From assembly GCA_965153455.1 (NCBI GenBank), contig OZ234494.1, positions 6,882,001 to 6,946,000 on the forward strand: a stretch of 64,000 bases of DNA, written 5' to 3'. Shown here one piece after another: positions 50,681 to 63,402 of the stretch. Both the position numbers and the translations under genes were made by a program. Every line of letters starts with the position of its first letter. Within the stretch, counting starts at the first letter, position 1. The notes under the pieces are model-generated. The model did no database searches and was not told the origin of the DNA. It was given only the letters and a program-made list of their open reading frames with translations. This DNA is from Sphagnum compactum. Its lineage: Eukaryota.

Positions 50681-52996
50681 CATGTGGATTTGCATATTGT
50701 GGTTAAGTGGATTTTGCAAAATGATCTTGTAAATAATAGTTCTTGGCACCTGCACAAGCTAGATTTGGTAGACCTTCGCATGACCCATCCATTCTCCCTT
50801 CCAAGGGAAGTAAAATAGAAGCCAACAGGGCCATAGGAAAACCATTGGGTCTTAGATGATGATGAGCTACCAAGGCCATGCTTGCCATAATTGATGCCCT
50901 ATTGGAACAACTCTTGATAAGCACAAAAGGAGAAAGAAACCCCCCCCCCCCCACCAAAGCTTCAATAACCCTTTACAAGGTGGAAAGTATGAAACATAGC
51001 AAATGCCCCCTGGTTTCTTATTCTTTGTAAAGTGTTCCTCCAAATACACTAGGAATTTAGGCAGAGATTTTTGCAGACACCCAGCCCCCACACACACACA
51101 CACACACACACATAATGTAAAATTACATATGTACAAATACTGCTTGGGTTAGGCTATATCAATATGCATAGACATTAAAAAAATGTTGCAAGAAAATATG
51201 TATTGAAAGTGACAAGAGGCATATGAAAGTTTCTATGATAGCCAGATTAAAGTTAGTCATTGTCATGAACGGACATGAGCTCTGCTCTTTTGATAGATGG
51301 ATGACTTGAAGCTAGGTCCTGATAATAAGTAAGTCCTTCCCATTCTTGTGGGTCTTTGTGACGGCCATCTCTCTCTCTCTCCCTCTTACGAGGGTGACTT
51401 TACACGAGGGTCCAAGGTCCAGGGACCAATGATTTCAAGCAATCTTATTGGTCGAAAGCTTTGAATTGGTCCCAAGGCCTTTAGACGAGGGTGCAAGACC
51501 CAAAAAAATGGCAAATTGAGGATAAACCTATATGGCACCTGTTTTGGAGGGAAAATCCATTGGTTGGGACCAAAAAACAGTGCTCAAAGGTTTAAGGGCT
51601 TGGCAAGCAACAACCAAAAAGAAAAAAAAGGTAATGGTGATGACAATTAAGGTTTAGGGTTTCTCAAAACCGGCCATATGCATTTTGTGGCATATAGGTA
51701 ATTATTGAGAGTTTACAATTACCATTTGCATTTTGGTGGCATGTAGGTCTACAGATTGACTATGTTTGTCAATAGAGGCAAGTGTCATCGATTGCTTGTT
51801 GAAAATGTAGAATGCTTCAATTTTTCCGGGTATCTACTTTGTCAAGTATAATAACGATAATGTCTGGGGCCAACTACTTGAACATGATGCCAGGTTTTGG
51901 TGACCTTAAATGGTGATGTTTCCTGAAAACACGACAAGGCACATGTTCTTTCACAACAAAATAATTTACACTCAAGTGCGTAAGGCAAGTTGTTGGAGCA
52001 AAAACTAACACAAGCATCTTCTTAAAGTCTTCCTTTCAGTGTTTTGTTTAGGAGTAATCCCTAGCAGTGTTTTTTTTATAAAAAATTCGCCAAAAAATAA
52101 AAATTTAAAAAGAAGTGATTTTGGAGGTTTTCAGTCACCAGAAGTGAGAAGGACAAAAAAAAATTTAGTGAAAAAAGGGTAAAAATCATCAAATTTCAAA
52201 AAATTTGTGTGAGCACATTTTAGGGAGTCCCAGTGGATTTTTTATTTAATTTAAAATTTAACTTAAAATATATATTTTTTAGAAAACGGTCTTTCTCTCG
52301 TTCATGCCAACAATTTTTGGCTATTTGAAAGATTTTTAAAAATTGCCCTTAATTGTAGAGCTGGGGGTTGACTACCTATTAATCCAAGAAATAATAAATT
52401 TCAGTTAAGGTAAAAGGCTTAGGGTAAAAAAGGCTTAGGCTACCTAAGCTTTTTACCCTACATTACCTAATTTTTTTATTTATTTAAACCTTTTATCTTA
52501 GGCTACCTAGGTTTTTTTTACTGTAGGTTATCTAAACATTTTACCTTAGATCACCCAAGATTCCTAGGCTACCTAGACTTTTTAATTTAGGACCCTAGAC
52601 TACCTAGGTATCTTATTTAAAGATTTTGAGGACAGGGCATGACCATTTTGGTGTTTGGTACATGTGTGGTGGGGCTAAGGGGCCTCTCTTAGATCATCAT
52701 CATCCCCTCTACTTTAGCACAAATTCATGTGGTTTGATTAAGGTCTGCATGTGCTAAGGCCAGGCTCACACCCAACATAATGGACGAGGCCATCTCATGA
52801 CAATCTTTTGAGGCATGCGTTTGGTGTATTATTTCAGTACTTTTTGGAGTATTTTTTCCTATGTGGGGTGAAAATAGATGGCCACCATCCACTGGTTCCA
52901 CCCACCCTTGGTTCTGCCAGTGGGTTGGGAAGACCAGTCCAACAGAACCGGTCACCACCAGATGGAACATTTGTCTAACCCGACCGACCAGGCTAA

Positions 52997-53241
52997 GGTG
53001 CATTCACACTTGATGTTAGGGACTAGAAGGTGCATTCACACTTGATGTTAGGGACTCTAGTGTCAAGTCCCTTAACACCATGCTAACCATTCAAGACTTA
53101 AACCTAGTTACCATGAAAATTTTAATGTTAAGCTAACATTCACTTAACATTAAGCTACAACTCATTTCAACATTGGGTGCCACCTAGGATGCCACCTAGA
53201 TTTTCATTTAACACTGAGTTAACATCAAGTGTGAATGCACA
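52997..53241. mobile_element. MITE (probably Tourist/Harbinger-like) with a perfect 21-bp TIR and a duplicated left end
   Basis: GTGCATTCACACTTGATGTTA (52998-53018) pairs with TAACATCAAGTGTGAATGCAC (53220-53240). The left end is repeated 32 bp downstream. TAA precedes the element and another TAA lies just after the right end. Confidence 0.8.
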
Positions 53242-53778
53242 ATAATGGAGTTAGTTGTTCCTAGGTGGAATGGGGCATGTTCCGTAATACATAACCCTCT
53301 GTCCGGAGATTCTGAATTCCAACTGGTTGGAATTTAGTTTGTTTTCTGTCAGAATTATCTATGGATGCAACATATGTGTTCAGGAGGCACGGGTTTGTCT
53401 GTTGTCTGTTCGTCCATATTGTTGATAAGTTTATACTTGAAATCTATTTTCTTAATGAAAATTCTTCCAAATTCAAGTACGCTTTGTTTGTCATTAAAAC
53501 TATTGTTGTTGCTTGTTTCTTGTGAACACTACCTACATATCTTTCTATCCAACATGCACATGCCAATTAAGTAGTTTGTCATTTGTGCTCGTGACAAGAA
53601 TTGCTTTATCATAAATTGTCAACTTCACATGATCTCCTTTTTTTTCTCATTGAAAAGAGATTGGTTCTCTTAGTTTCTCCTTTTCTTAGTAAAAGATATC
53701 TATACCGAAATGCCTAAGGACCATAGATTAATTTTGGAGGGTTTAGGAGAGATAGTCATAGGTTATTTGATGACAACC

Positions 53779-53920
53779 CAACAAAATGTGTCTTTGTTCA
53801 CGAAATCTTTTGTTGTATTTTGAATGAATTCATTGGTCCCACTAAACATGATTTAGTGAGGACCGAGTGACTTCATTGCTCCATTCAAGGAGGACTAATG
53901 AATTACACACACATTTTGTT
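53779..53920. mobile_element. Second, more diverged copy of the CAACAAAATGTG MITE
   Basis: CAACAAAATGTGTCTTTGTTCAC...TTGTATTTTGA.TGAATTCA...CACATTTTGTT is colinear with 46959-47096. Confidence 0.75.
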
Positions 53921-56153
53921 TTTTAGATTTATCCAAAGTATATGGCTTCAAGTCATGTATATTTGTGTGCCCTAATCTTTTAAGATACGGAAAGACACAT
54001 CTTTGACTAAATTATATATGAAAAGACACATGGGTGCAAACAAGATAAAATGAGCCAACACAATTATTTTTGAAAATGATTGCATGTTTTTTTTTCCAAC
54101 TTTTTTTTTTCATACGAATGAATTTTGGAACAATTTTTTTTACAATTTTTTATAATAAATGCTTATAGTTGTTCCAAAACATGACATTTTTTTTGTTCAT
54201 CATTTTTGAATAAATATGAATTTTTTAAAGTGTTTTGATTCCTTGTAAATTTAATGTTTTGTTTATAAAAATGCTAAAAATTTCAAATCATAACCAAAAA
54301 TTCAATTTTTAAATTTTTATGTTTTTTTGTATAATAGACAATAACTTTTCTTAACCCATCATGTACATTTTACCCCATTTATGTGTGTTGAAATTTTAAA
54401 ACTTTAAAATTCTCAATCAATTTTAGAAAGTTCTTTAGATTTTTAAAGTTTTAGAATTCCACATGTTTTAAGGTATGAATTTTTTTTAATGTGGTTAATA
54501 GGTATTTATCCTCTTTAAATTTTTCCCATCAAATGTGTTTTACTATATGAGTCCTTTTGATAGTCCTTTGCAAAATTGACTCATGTCTGACACCATAAGT
54601 GTTCACTTTCAAAGATCTTAAATCAAAACTTAAAATTTCATCAAATGAATTTTTTATTTGAATTCTTTGACATTCATATGAATGAAAAGGCAACAATTTG
54701 TCATGATTGCCATGGTTTTAAATAGCAAAACATAAATATTTATCCAATTTTGATTATTTTTATTTGAAATCCAACACCCTTTGTGGTTCATTGGATTGTG
54801 ACTGCACCTAGATTGTTTGATTTTTTTCTCCAAAATGTATTTGGTTGTTACACATTCATCTTCCCTACATTGGTCAAGAGGAGTAAATAATAGTGATGTT
54901 AATCAAAAGGCCAAAAATGACAGAAACCAAACTATCAATAACATTGCAAAAGATGATGAGAATGAAAAGAAGGAGGCAAAAGGATTTAGAATCTATAGCT
55001 TCAAGCCATGTAGATTTGTGTGTTTTAATTTTTGTAGATACAAAAAGACACATCTTTGACTAAATTATGTATGAAAAGACACATTGTTTGATTTTTTTCT
55101 CAAAATGTTTTTGATTGTTGCGTGTTTGTCTTCCCTGCATTGGTGAAAGAGGAAGAGTAAATACATATTGATGTTAATCAAAAGGCCAAATATGACAAAA
55201 AGTAAACAACACCACAAAGGATGATGAAAAGGAAGAGAACAAGGTAGAAGAACATGTGCATTTGATGGCACTACTTGTTCCATATGATTTGATTCGCCTC
55301 AAGGAAACTAAAGCTAGTTTACAAAGAAGTAATGTGCTTGCTTCATTGTTGTGTGCATGTTTGAAAAAATTATGTAAATGTGGGTGTCATCCATGAAACT
55401 TTGAAAGATCATATTGTCATTGATGGAATTATTGCATTATGAATTGGGTGGTCACATTTCAAGTTCTGATGTCTTATGTGTTGGCAAATAACAAAGTTGC
55501 AAGATGATAATAGAGTCTTGGATTGCCTAACCAAGTCCAAAGAGGTTGCCCTTTTAGTGGCAAAGAAGACAATGCAAACAGTTGAAGCAAAAAGCTCCCA
55601 TGGTGGGTGACTTGCAAAATTATAACTGAAAGTTGATGAAGCAAATAGAGATTTGCAAGGTTGTGCCTTTATTTCAAATCAAACAACTATGTTGTCATGG
55701 TCAAGTCTATTATATCAGTCATTGCCACAATGTGAAAGACATGTATTTGAAAAAAAATAAAATTGTGGCAGGAAGAGAACAAAATATTGGACAACAAGCA
55801 TCATGAAAAAGTTATAGAAGTTGAGAAGTTGAGTACCACAATGGCTAAATTGGAAGAGTAAGTTTTTGCTAGTTGGGCTACTATAAATGTTGTTTGGGAT
55901 TATCATCAACAAGTGGAAGATGGTAAACATGTTGAAGCTACAAAGTTAACAACTAGAAGAAGCTATCATGAATGTATTTACTAGGTGTTGCAATCTTGTC
56001 AACTTTTAGGGAATTGTTCCCTATAGAAATGTAGACAACATTAGTGAGGGGCTTTTTGTTCATTTGCATGTTTTGCATTTGACACTAAATTATGATGACA
56101 TGCAACTAATGTGTGCATGTAATTGATTATATGATGTTGTAGGAACATGGCAA

Positions 56154-57722
56154 GACCCTGACATTGCAATTGTGAAAACAACTAATCATGCGAATGTCCC
56201 CCAAAGGAGAAACACATGTGAAGTGAGTAATTTGATTTGGTTAAGGTTGTTGATCCATATGAAATTTATGTTGAAGTGGTTGTAACAAGCCTATTCGATC
56301 AATTAAATAATATTATTGCCTATGTTTTTTCATTAATTTGTGCAAGCATTTTCTTTGCAATGTTACATCAAAACCAAAATCAAATGTGGCATATTGCATA
56401 AATGTCCTTGCAAGGCAAATTGCCAAAATTCACAGTTGGGTGGTAAATTCCAAACTCAACTCATCCAAGCTAGAAATTTGATGCAAATTAAAAATTTAGG
56501 GGTAGGCAAAAATAATCTTGTAATGAAAAATAACTGGTGTTCAATATTAAGTAGCAGAGTTTTTTGGCACTTCAATTTTAAAAGGTTTAATAATGTTTTA
56601 TGGTCTTTGGAAGGTAGATAGTTTGATGTGTCCAATGTTATTAGGGATATCATCACTATATAAGGTTTCCAATAGAGTAGTGGCCAAGTAAAGTGGATTG
56701 AGTTTACATGGATGTTAATGTAAATTTTAGCATGTTGATTTGTGTTAGAAGGCCAAGAAACATGTGTTATGGTTTGAGAATAAGCATCTTGTAATTGTTG
56801 GTGCATATTCATTTGCATGGCTAGTGGAAGCTTGTGGTCATTTTGCAACCATACCAAAAAGGCCAACTAGGTGTACACCAAGCATTTTCATTCAAGTTTC
56901 ATTTGTAGGTTACATCTTCATATTGAACTTTTTTCTACATGGTACAGGTTGCGTTGAAATCAATGATAGTCATTCATTGAACATTGAGAGAAGGAGACCC
57001 AACATTTTGACATGAACTCATCAATTACTATATAAATTGGGGTCACATTTTGAATGTATCCAACTTCAAGGATGACTCAAATCCAAATGGTGTGCATGTT
57101 TGGTTATGTAACAAAACCAGTGGCTTTCACTGTGCAACATTGGCATTTGGAAAAAATGTGTTTTAGGCTTTTTTTTAATAGGTTTAAAGTGAAAATGTGA
57201 CATGCATGGTTAAGATTAATTTAGTCAATTAAAAATAAGTTGTTAAAATTGGGTGGTCAAAAAAGTGAGCTTTTGTCATGAAAATGTGGATGTTGTTGGT
57301 ACATAAGTGGAGACTACTCAACATGGGTGCACATTTACACATTGTACTTGGAAAAGCGACTTGAATGCTTTCAAGTGTTGAGATATGACATGGAGTCATG
57401 TGCAGTAATAAGGCATCTATTTTGACAAGTAGAAACAAATTTGTTTACTTTGATTTTGGGAGTTACATATTATGGAATTTGATTTCTTAGGTTGTTTTCA
57501 CTCCAAAGGGTTTGTGAATTAGCATGGTAAAACAATCGGTATTTTACTTTTGGATTGGATAATTATGAAGTGCAAAACTTGTTTGGTTTTGTGTTAAATG
57601 TGTAATTGTTGAAAGGTTTTTGCTATCCTTAGGGACATATTAGGACAAGGGAGTCGGACAATGTGGAATTGTTGGAACATTTACATGTTTTACAACAATT
57701 GTTGCATCGTTTGATGGGCTAC
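56154..57722 (+). pseudogene. Five-exon fragment of an ANTH-domain (AP180/PICALM-type) clathrin assembly gene
   Basis: Exons read: ~56154-56222 DIAIVKTTNH; ~56347-56442 NVAYCINVLARQIAKIHSWV; 56948-57089 VALKSMIVIH*TLREGDPTF*HELINY..HILNVSNFKDDSNPN; ~57308-57400 [29 protein letters not shown]; 57633-57722 GHIRTRESDNVELLEHLHVLQQLLHRLMG. Stops at 56978 and 57008, plus frameshifts. Confidence 0.9.
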
Positions 57723-60239
57723 CATGTACCACTTCAAATAGTTAACATATTTTTTTATATAAAAAGAACTTTAATTTAAACTCCACACAAGAATTTGTAA
57801 ATTGTTCGTTTGTTATCACCTACATGGTTTAATAACTTTGTTTACATTTAAAATAAACAATATGTTGTTTTAGTTTTTGATGTGATTCATTATCTTGAAG
57901 GCATTTATATGAATTCAAATCAGAAGATGAAGTGTTCATAATTCTTTCGAAGGTGAATGCATAGTATAGTGGTTTAATAGCAATAGAAAGTGCACTCCCT
58001 ATAAGTCCATACAAGGTTTTTTTATATGATTCAAATGGACATGGTTGTTACTTTTTAAAATATTATCATTTCAATCTTTGAATAATATATGTTCAATCAC
58101 CTACAAACCTGCTCAAATCTATGTGAAAAATTGTATTTAATGTAATTGATGTCATTTTTTAATTTGGAAGTCCTAAAAGGAAAACCCACAAAGTCCAAAG
58201 GAATGATCCCCCATTTAAAACTTTCAATAAAATATGTTTTTGGGACAAAAAAAATTTGAAAATAAACAAAAATTGCAACTCATATGGATTTATGAAAATG
58301 TGGTCAAAACTTAATCATTCAAAAGTCCCTAACTATTAAACAATTAAAGTTTTTTTAAAAAAAAATCTTCACATGAGTTTATCATCTTGCATTACATTAT
58401 ATATTGAGTCCCAATAACAAATTTGGTATGTAAATCAATATAATTTTTTTCATTTTGTGATGTTCCAATCAAATGACCAGTCCATATTTTTCAATTTCAA
58501 AAGTCCATTACTACTAACAAATTCATTCTTTTATCAATAAATAATCACACAATTTTTTTCATAATGAAGTTGTTAGTTTAAATCCAAGTCCCAATTAGTA
58601 GATCTAAGGATATATTGATCACCATATGCATTTGAATAAAGGGTACCCAAGGGCAAAACATTATTTTGTCACAAAAGTGAGCCACCATAGCTTGCATCTA
58701 CCGTCAATTATGTTCATTAGTTTTTTTAAAAATCCATGTTTTCTCATTATCCCCTATAAGATAAATCTATGTTTTTGACACAAACGTTACACCTTATTCT
58801 GACTTCAAATGAACTTTGGATACCAAGTGAAAATAAAAGGTTTTCCAACGATGGCCGTGATGATGACTTCCAAACTTTAACTAATAGTTGCTAGAAACAT
58901 TATAATTGCAAGAACTTGATTGTTTAAATTAAAAATGTGGAAAGAAGCACATGGTTTGCAAATGTTCATGAAGTAATGAAAGGGCAAGATGGATTGACTG
59001 ACTATTAGTCATGTGTTGATGACAATGCTTGAAAACTAATTATACATATTCTAATAGTGGTTTATAAATACCTTTTTTTTGTTTGCAATTGTAGAAACAA
59101 CATTCGCAAATTCCTAAGGAAGAGAAGGAAATGACACTCTAGCTCAAGGGATTACAACCAATAGGCATGGCATAGATAGGTCACAAGTGTTCGTGACTCT
59201 TGAATAGGAATCAAATGTAAATTTTTTTTCATGGAAAGGTCTAGAATGAAACAACATCTAGGATGTTGGTAATCTTCATTCTCATAATAAAATTGAGAGA
59301 AAGACCATGTAATTAATTGCCCACAAGATAATGCAAATAAGCACTTAAACAAAGAGTGCTTGAACTATGTTTTGATTTGTTGAGTCTAATGTCAAAGTGG
59401 TGTGCGCAGTGGGGAGATGGGGTCCACTTCCTCACTACCTCGAAGGTAAACGACCACAAATGTAGCAAACATAAATTCTTTTTACACATAAAAATAGACA
59501 TGCAACGCGGACTTTAATCAAAAGGGGTTTTCAGGGTCAAATATAGCAAACTCGTGGATGAAGATGGCTGCTAAGCCTGTGTGTGTTGAGAAATCATTAA
59601 TAAGAAGTCAAGCCTCAAGTCCAACAACAATTCTGAAGCTTAAAATTGGGGCTGGAATCAGCCCAATTGTGTCAGTTATTGTTTTAAAAATAGCTTTAAT
59701 TAATAACATACACTTGTGTTGCAAGAAGACCAAGAAGAATTATTACCACATTAGCAACCAATAAGATCTGAGGAAAAAAAATAGCATAAAACTTTTGCCA
59801 CCCAAGTGTGTAGTCACCCACAATAATAAGTTTTTACCCAAAAATATTTCAGTTCCTTCCTTTTATAGCATCAACTTTTTTATAAAAAAATCCCTTCCTT
59901 TCACACAAAGGAAAAAAAAGAAAAAAAACCCCATTCTTTAATTGTTTAATTACCTGAACCCAGCCCAACCCCAAAAAAATCAGCTTTACAACCCCCCCCC
60001 CCTCCCACCCCAAACCTAAAATATATAAATAAATAAATAAATAATAATGGTCCCCTTCCCCCCAAACCCCCTTCCTCTTTGAGATTTGGGGAAAACTAAT
60101 TATTAAAAAAAATAGAGGTTAGAATTTGGGGTAGGTACCTAATGGGTATCTAGTTTCTAGTTTCTACCGAATTAGGCTCACGGACTCGGTAGTAGGAAGG
60201 TACCTACCTACCTAGTGGGCACCCGGAGACAGAAGGTAA

Positions 60240-60460
60240 AGAAAAGGAAACGCGGCCGCCCGGAATAGCGTTTGGGATCTGGGTTCGGGCAGTACGGGCA
60301 GCGGGGACGGTTGACGGGATTTCGCTTGCGCGCGCGGGCGGCAGGCACGCGCGGGAGACCATACCCTAACACGCTCCTTAATCAAACCCTAATTAACTCA
60401 CTACTTAGTTAATCACCCTGCTAATCATGCTTTTTGTAGCGGCTATTTAGACCGGGCCTT
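60240..60460 (+). promoter_or_regulatory. Probable promoter of the last gene: CpG-rich block, telobox and TATA-like motif
   Basis: GC/CpG-rich 60250-60360, AAACCCTAA at 60384-60392 and TATTTAG at 60444-60450. A CT-rich stretch typical of plant 5' UTRs follows immediately. Confidence 0.55.
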
Positions 60461-60896
60461 CCCTTCTTCTTCGTTTTTCCTCGGCATTGTTTCTTGTTCA
60501 CAGCTACCCGTGCTCTCTCTGTCTCTGTCTCTCTCTACCTCCCTCTCCCTCTCTCGCCTTTTTTCTTCCGTCAAGAGGTTGTTGTTGTTGTTGTTGTTGC
60601 CTCTGTGTCTCCCCTCCCGCCCGGCTCTTTTTTGGTAGCTTTGCGGAGAGAAAAGCCTGAGTCTGGTGCCGCTGCCGCTGCTGTGGATGCCTTGCCCCTG
60701 CACCTGCTTCTTCTTCATCTTGCAAGCCAGCCATCCGGCTGTGGTGTGTCTGGTATTGTCTCCTCCTGGAATCAATTAGAAAGAGTGCGGTTTTATTGTT
60801 CTTTTGTTTCTTCTCTGGTTTTCCCATTCCTTCTGTGCCAGGTTTTTGTTTTTGTATGTTTAGTCTTCTTCGGGAGCGGCTTGGTGTTTTGGCTCT

Positions 60897-60927
<31 letters not shown>

Positions 60928-62319
60928 TTCTCTTTTTGGTTTTGTTCATTACAGCTTGAGCGACCAGTGAAGTTTTGCTCCTCTGTCCTCTGCCATCTTT
61001 GAAGGGGTTTGTACTAGTTTTGTTGCGGTCACGAGAGATCTTTCTGCGTCGTCCGTTTTGTGTTTTTGTGGTTTTTCTCTTACCCTCTTTTTTCAGTGTC
61101 CGTTTTTCTCGACGCTGTTGTTTCTTGTTTCTCTCCTTTTTGTGTGACCGCGAGTTTGTGCTCTCCCTTCTCACGGAGAGCGAGCATGTGGCGCTCTGGT
61201 TAATCTATCCTTGAGAGTTTTGTCCCCCGTCCTTTGGCACTTGCTGCCACGAAACACGTTCTCTCTGTCGTGGTGACCGCCGCTATGGTTCGCTGTGAAA
61301 CCCTCACTCCCTCCTTCCGCGAGGGTTTGTTTGTTTGTGTTGTTCCCCTGCCCGTTTTCATCAGTGGCATGAGAACCATATCTTGGCTCATCACATCAGC
61401 AGTCTGTGTCTTCAAGTCACCTGCTTTTTGTTGAGATTTTCTGGTGTTTTTCTCTTGGTGGATTTGGCCAAGGTTGGTAAGGGGTTAGAGTTTGCTTGAG
61501 GATTCAGTTGAGATCTGATGATGGTTTTTAGGTTGGATCAATGTCTTGATCCACAGGTTTGCAATCTTTATGTTCTTTTTTTTTTCCTGCCAACCTTTTT
61601 CCCATTCCACCTCAAATTCTATAGGTTTTCTGATGCTTGGGTGGTACTGTGGTTGTTTCCTCGATGGGACTCTGGTAGCTGACCCAGGTTCAGATCAGAC
61701 CCAAGTTTCACCAGGGATAGCTAAATCCCATAGGAGATGTATATTTTCCTTAGAATGCATAAACATCTGTGCCTCAAAGGGAAGAAGAGTTTCTTGTTTC
61801 TAGTTGATTAAGTTTAGGGCACCTTCATGGGTACACCTGCCCCTGCCTGCAAGTGAGGTATATTGTCAAGACACTGAGATCATATGGAGAGTTGACAATC
61901 TACTATGTTTGCTTCTCTTTCCTGGAATCACCTGTGCCTCAATTAGAGCCAAAACAGTCATTCTGAAGAAGTTGATATGTCCGCTTTGGGCTGTGGTGGT
62001 CCTCTTGTTGTGTTGCTTGATGTTGTTTTAAGTCATATTTCTCGTCATGTCAGATGCAGGGTTGTCTTCTCATGTCTTTGCAGCCCATTTGGATCATATG
62101 CTTCATGTCTGATCTGCATGTCCTCTTTCAGTGGCACTATATCTTGATTTTGTATGCTTTGCTACGAAAAAATTCTTGCAGTTGTGCAGCTGATCTGGCA
62201 AACATCTTTAGTGGTTGGCAGGTGGATTTTAGACATTTAATGCAAAGTTGTGTTCAAGTAAATGACTGTGTTGTGGATGGGGTTGTGATGTGCAGGACCT
62301 TGAAGTACATTCTGTACAT

Positions 62320-62358
62320 ATGAGAGGTGCATTGGAAATGATGAGCGCAATTTTGTAG
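62320..62358 (+). promoter_or_regulatory. 12-codon upstream ORF (MRGALEMMSAIL*) in the 5' leader exon
   Basis: ATG 62320 to TAG 62358 lies just after the likely acceptor TGCAG (62291-62295). It has three in-frame ATGs and is out of frame with the main ORF. Confidence 0.55.
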
Positions 62359-62606
62359 CACATTTTTTCAGTATACCTTGATTGCTATCGGTTTCTTCAA
62401 AGTCACATTGAAGCACCGTCAGTTGCTGTGTGAATACTTTGGTCGAGAACAGTGAAGTTGGTTGTAGTAAATCTTTCAAGCAATAACAGAGCATCTCCAG
62501 TGTTTTTGGTGAACAAAAATTTGCCAAACTGGAGATTTGTGCAAGGAATCTCTCTGGAGTCCAGCAGCTTGCTGGTCCCTGGAACTCATTGGAGAATCGT
62601 TCAGAA

Positions 62607-63402
62607 ATGAATGAAAGGAGGAGGCAGAGAGCAGGTTATCGTGGGGAAGGAAATGAAGAGGAAGTGATATGTCCAAAGCCAAGGCGTGCCACCAATGTCT
62701 TGGGCCCTGCCACAGAGTTCATGAAACCATCTCGCAGGCGCCAAAGGTGCATATCTTTGAACACCTTTAACGTTAACATGCTTCCCTAAGCACTGTGGAC
62801 ACATCTTTGGATTTATTATACAATGTTGTTCTGTGAGTGTCCTTGGTTCTGTAATCAAGCTGCTGATTTTTACTTTGTGCTCATTGAATGTGTGTTTTGG
62901 GTCTGAAAGGCTCCTTCCATGCTTATGTCAGTGTCTAGCATTCACTTTCTCACATATGTGTGTTTGTGTAGCCATTCAACAGTGCGAAGTGAAGGTGATG
63001 CTGGTTTCGAGATTCTAGACATCTTTTTGAGCAAGGTCAGTGGTGTTTCCATTTCCATGCAGTTGACTGGGGAATGCAGCAGTTTGTGATCTTTTTTTTT
63101 CTAAAAATCTTGTTGTTTGTGTTTTGACATCTGGAATTGTTGTGATCCTGGTGCAGGGAGGATACAATGACACATCCAGTTTTTCTTGTTCCCCCCCTTA
63201 CTTTTGTGGATCACCCCCGAGCCGCTCAGGCAATCCACTGATACATGATGTTCAGTTTTTGCATCAAAGAGCTCAGTCGGTGCTGTCACAGCAGATCTCA
63301 TCTTGTGGACCTTCGTCATACAAGGCTAATCCGGTGGTGCGTGTTGAAGGTTTTGCTTCATCTGCCTCTGATTCACGCTGTCGTGTGTCTGCCTTGGCAT
63401 AG
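62607..63402 (+). CDS. Conserved plant protein of unknown function, 149 aa from the first ATG, 3 coding exons (At5g16110/At3g02555/At1g13390-like by recollection)
   Basis: Exons 62607-62746, 62972-63035 and 63157-63402 (GT-AG, 450 nt in frame). Motifs [44 protein letters not shown] and PVVRVEGF, ending VSALA*. Confidence 0.9.

Noticed and set aside
60130-60212. Inverted repeat GGTAGGTACCT...AGGTACCTACC upstream of the promoter
   Set aside because: It is short and built from TAGG/CCTA low-complexity motifs that are common throughout the window.
60443-61434. Cluster of 66-134-aa ORFs on both strands
   Set aside because: The sequence is CT/GT-rich microsatellite-like leader or intron DNA with no recognisable domains.
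62338-62415. C/D-box snoRNA suggested by ATGATGA
   Set aside because: There is no properly placed CTGA box D or terminal stem, and the site lies in a probable exon.
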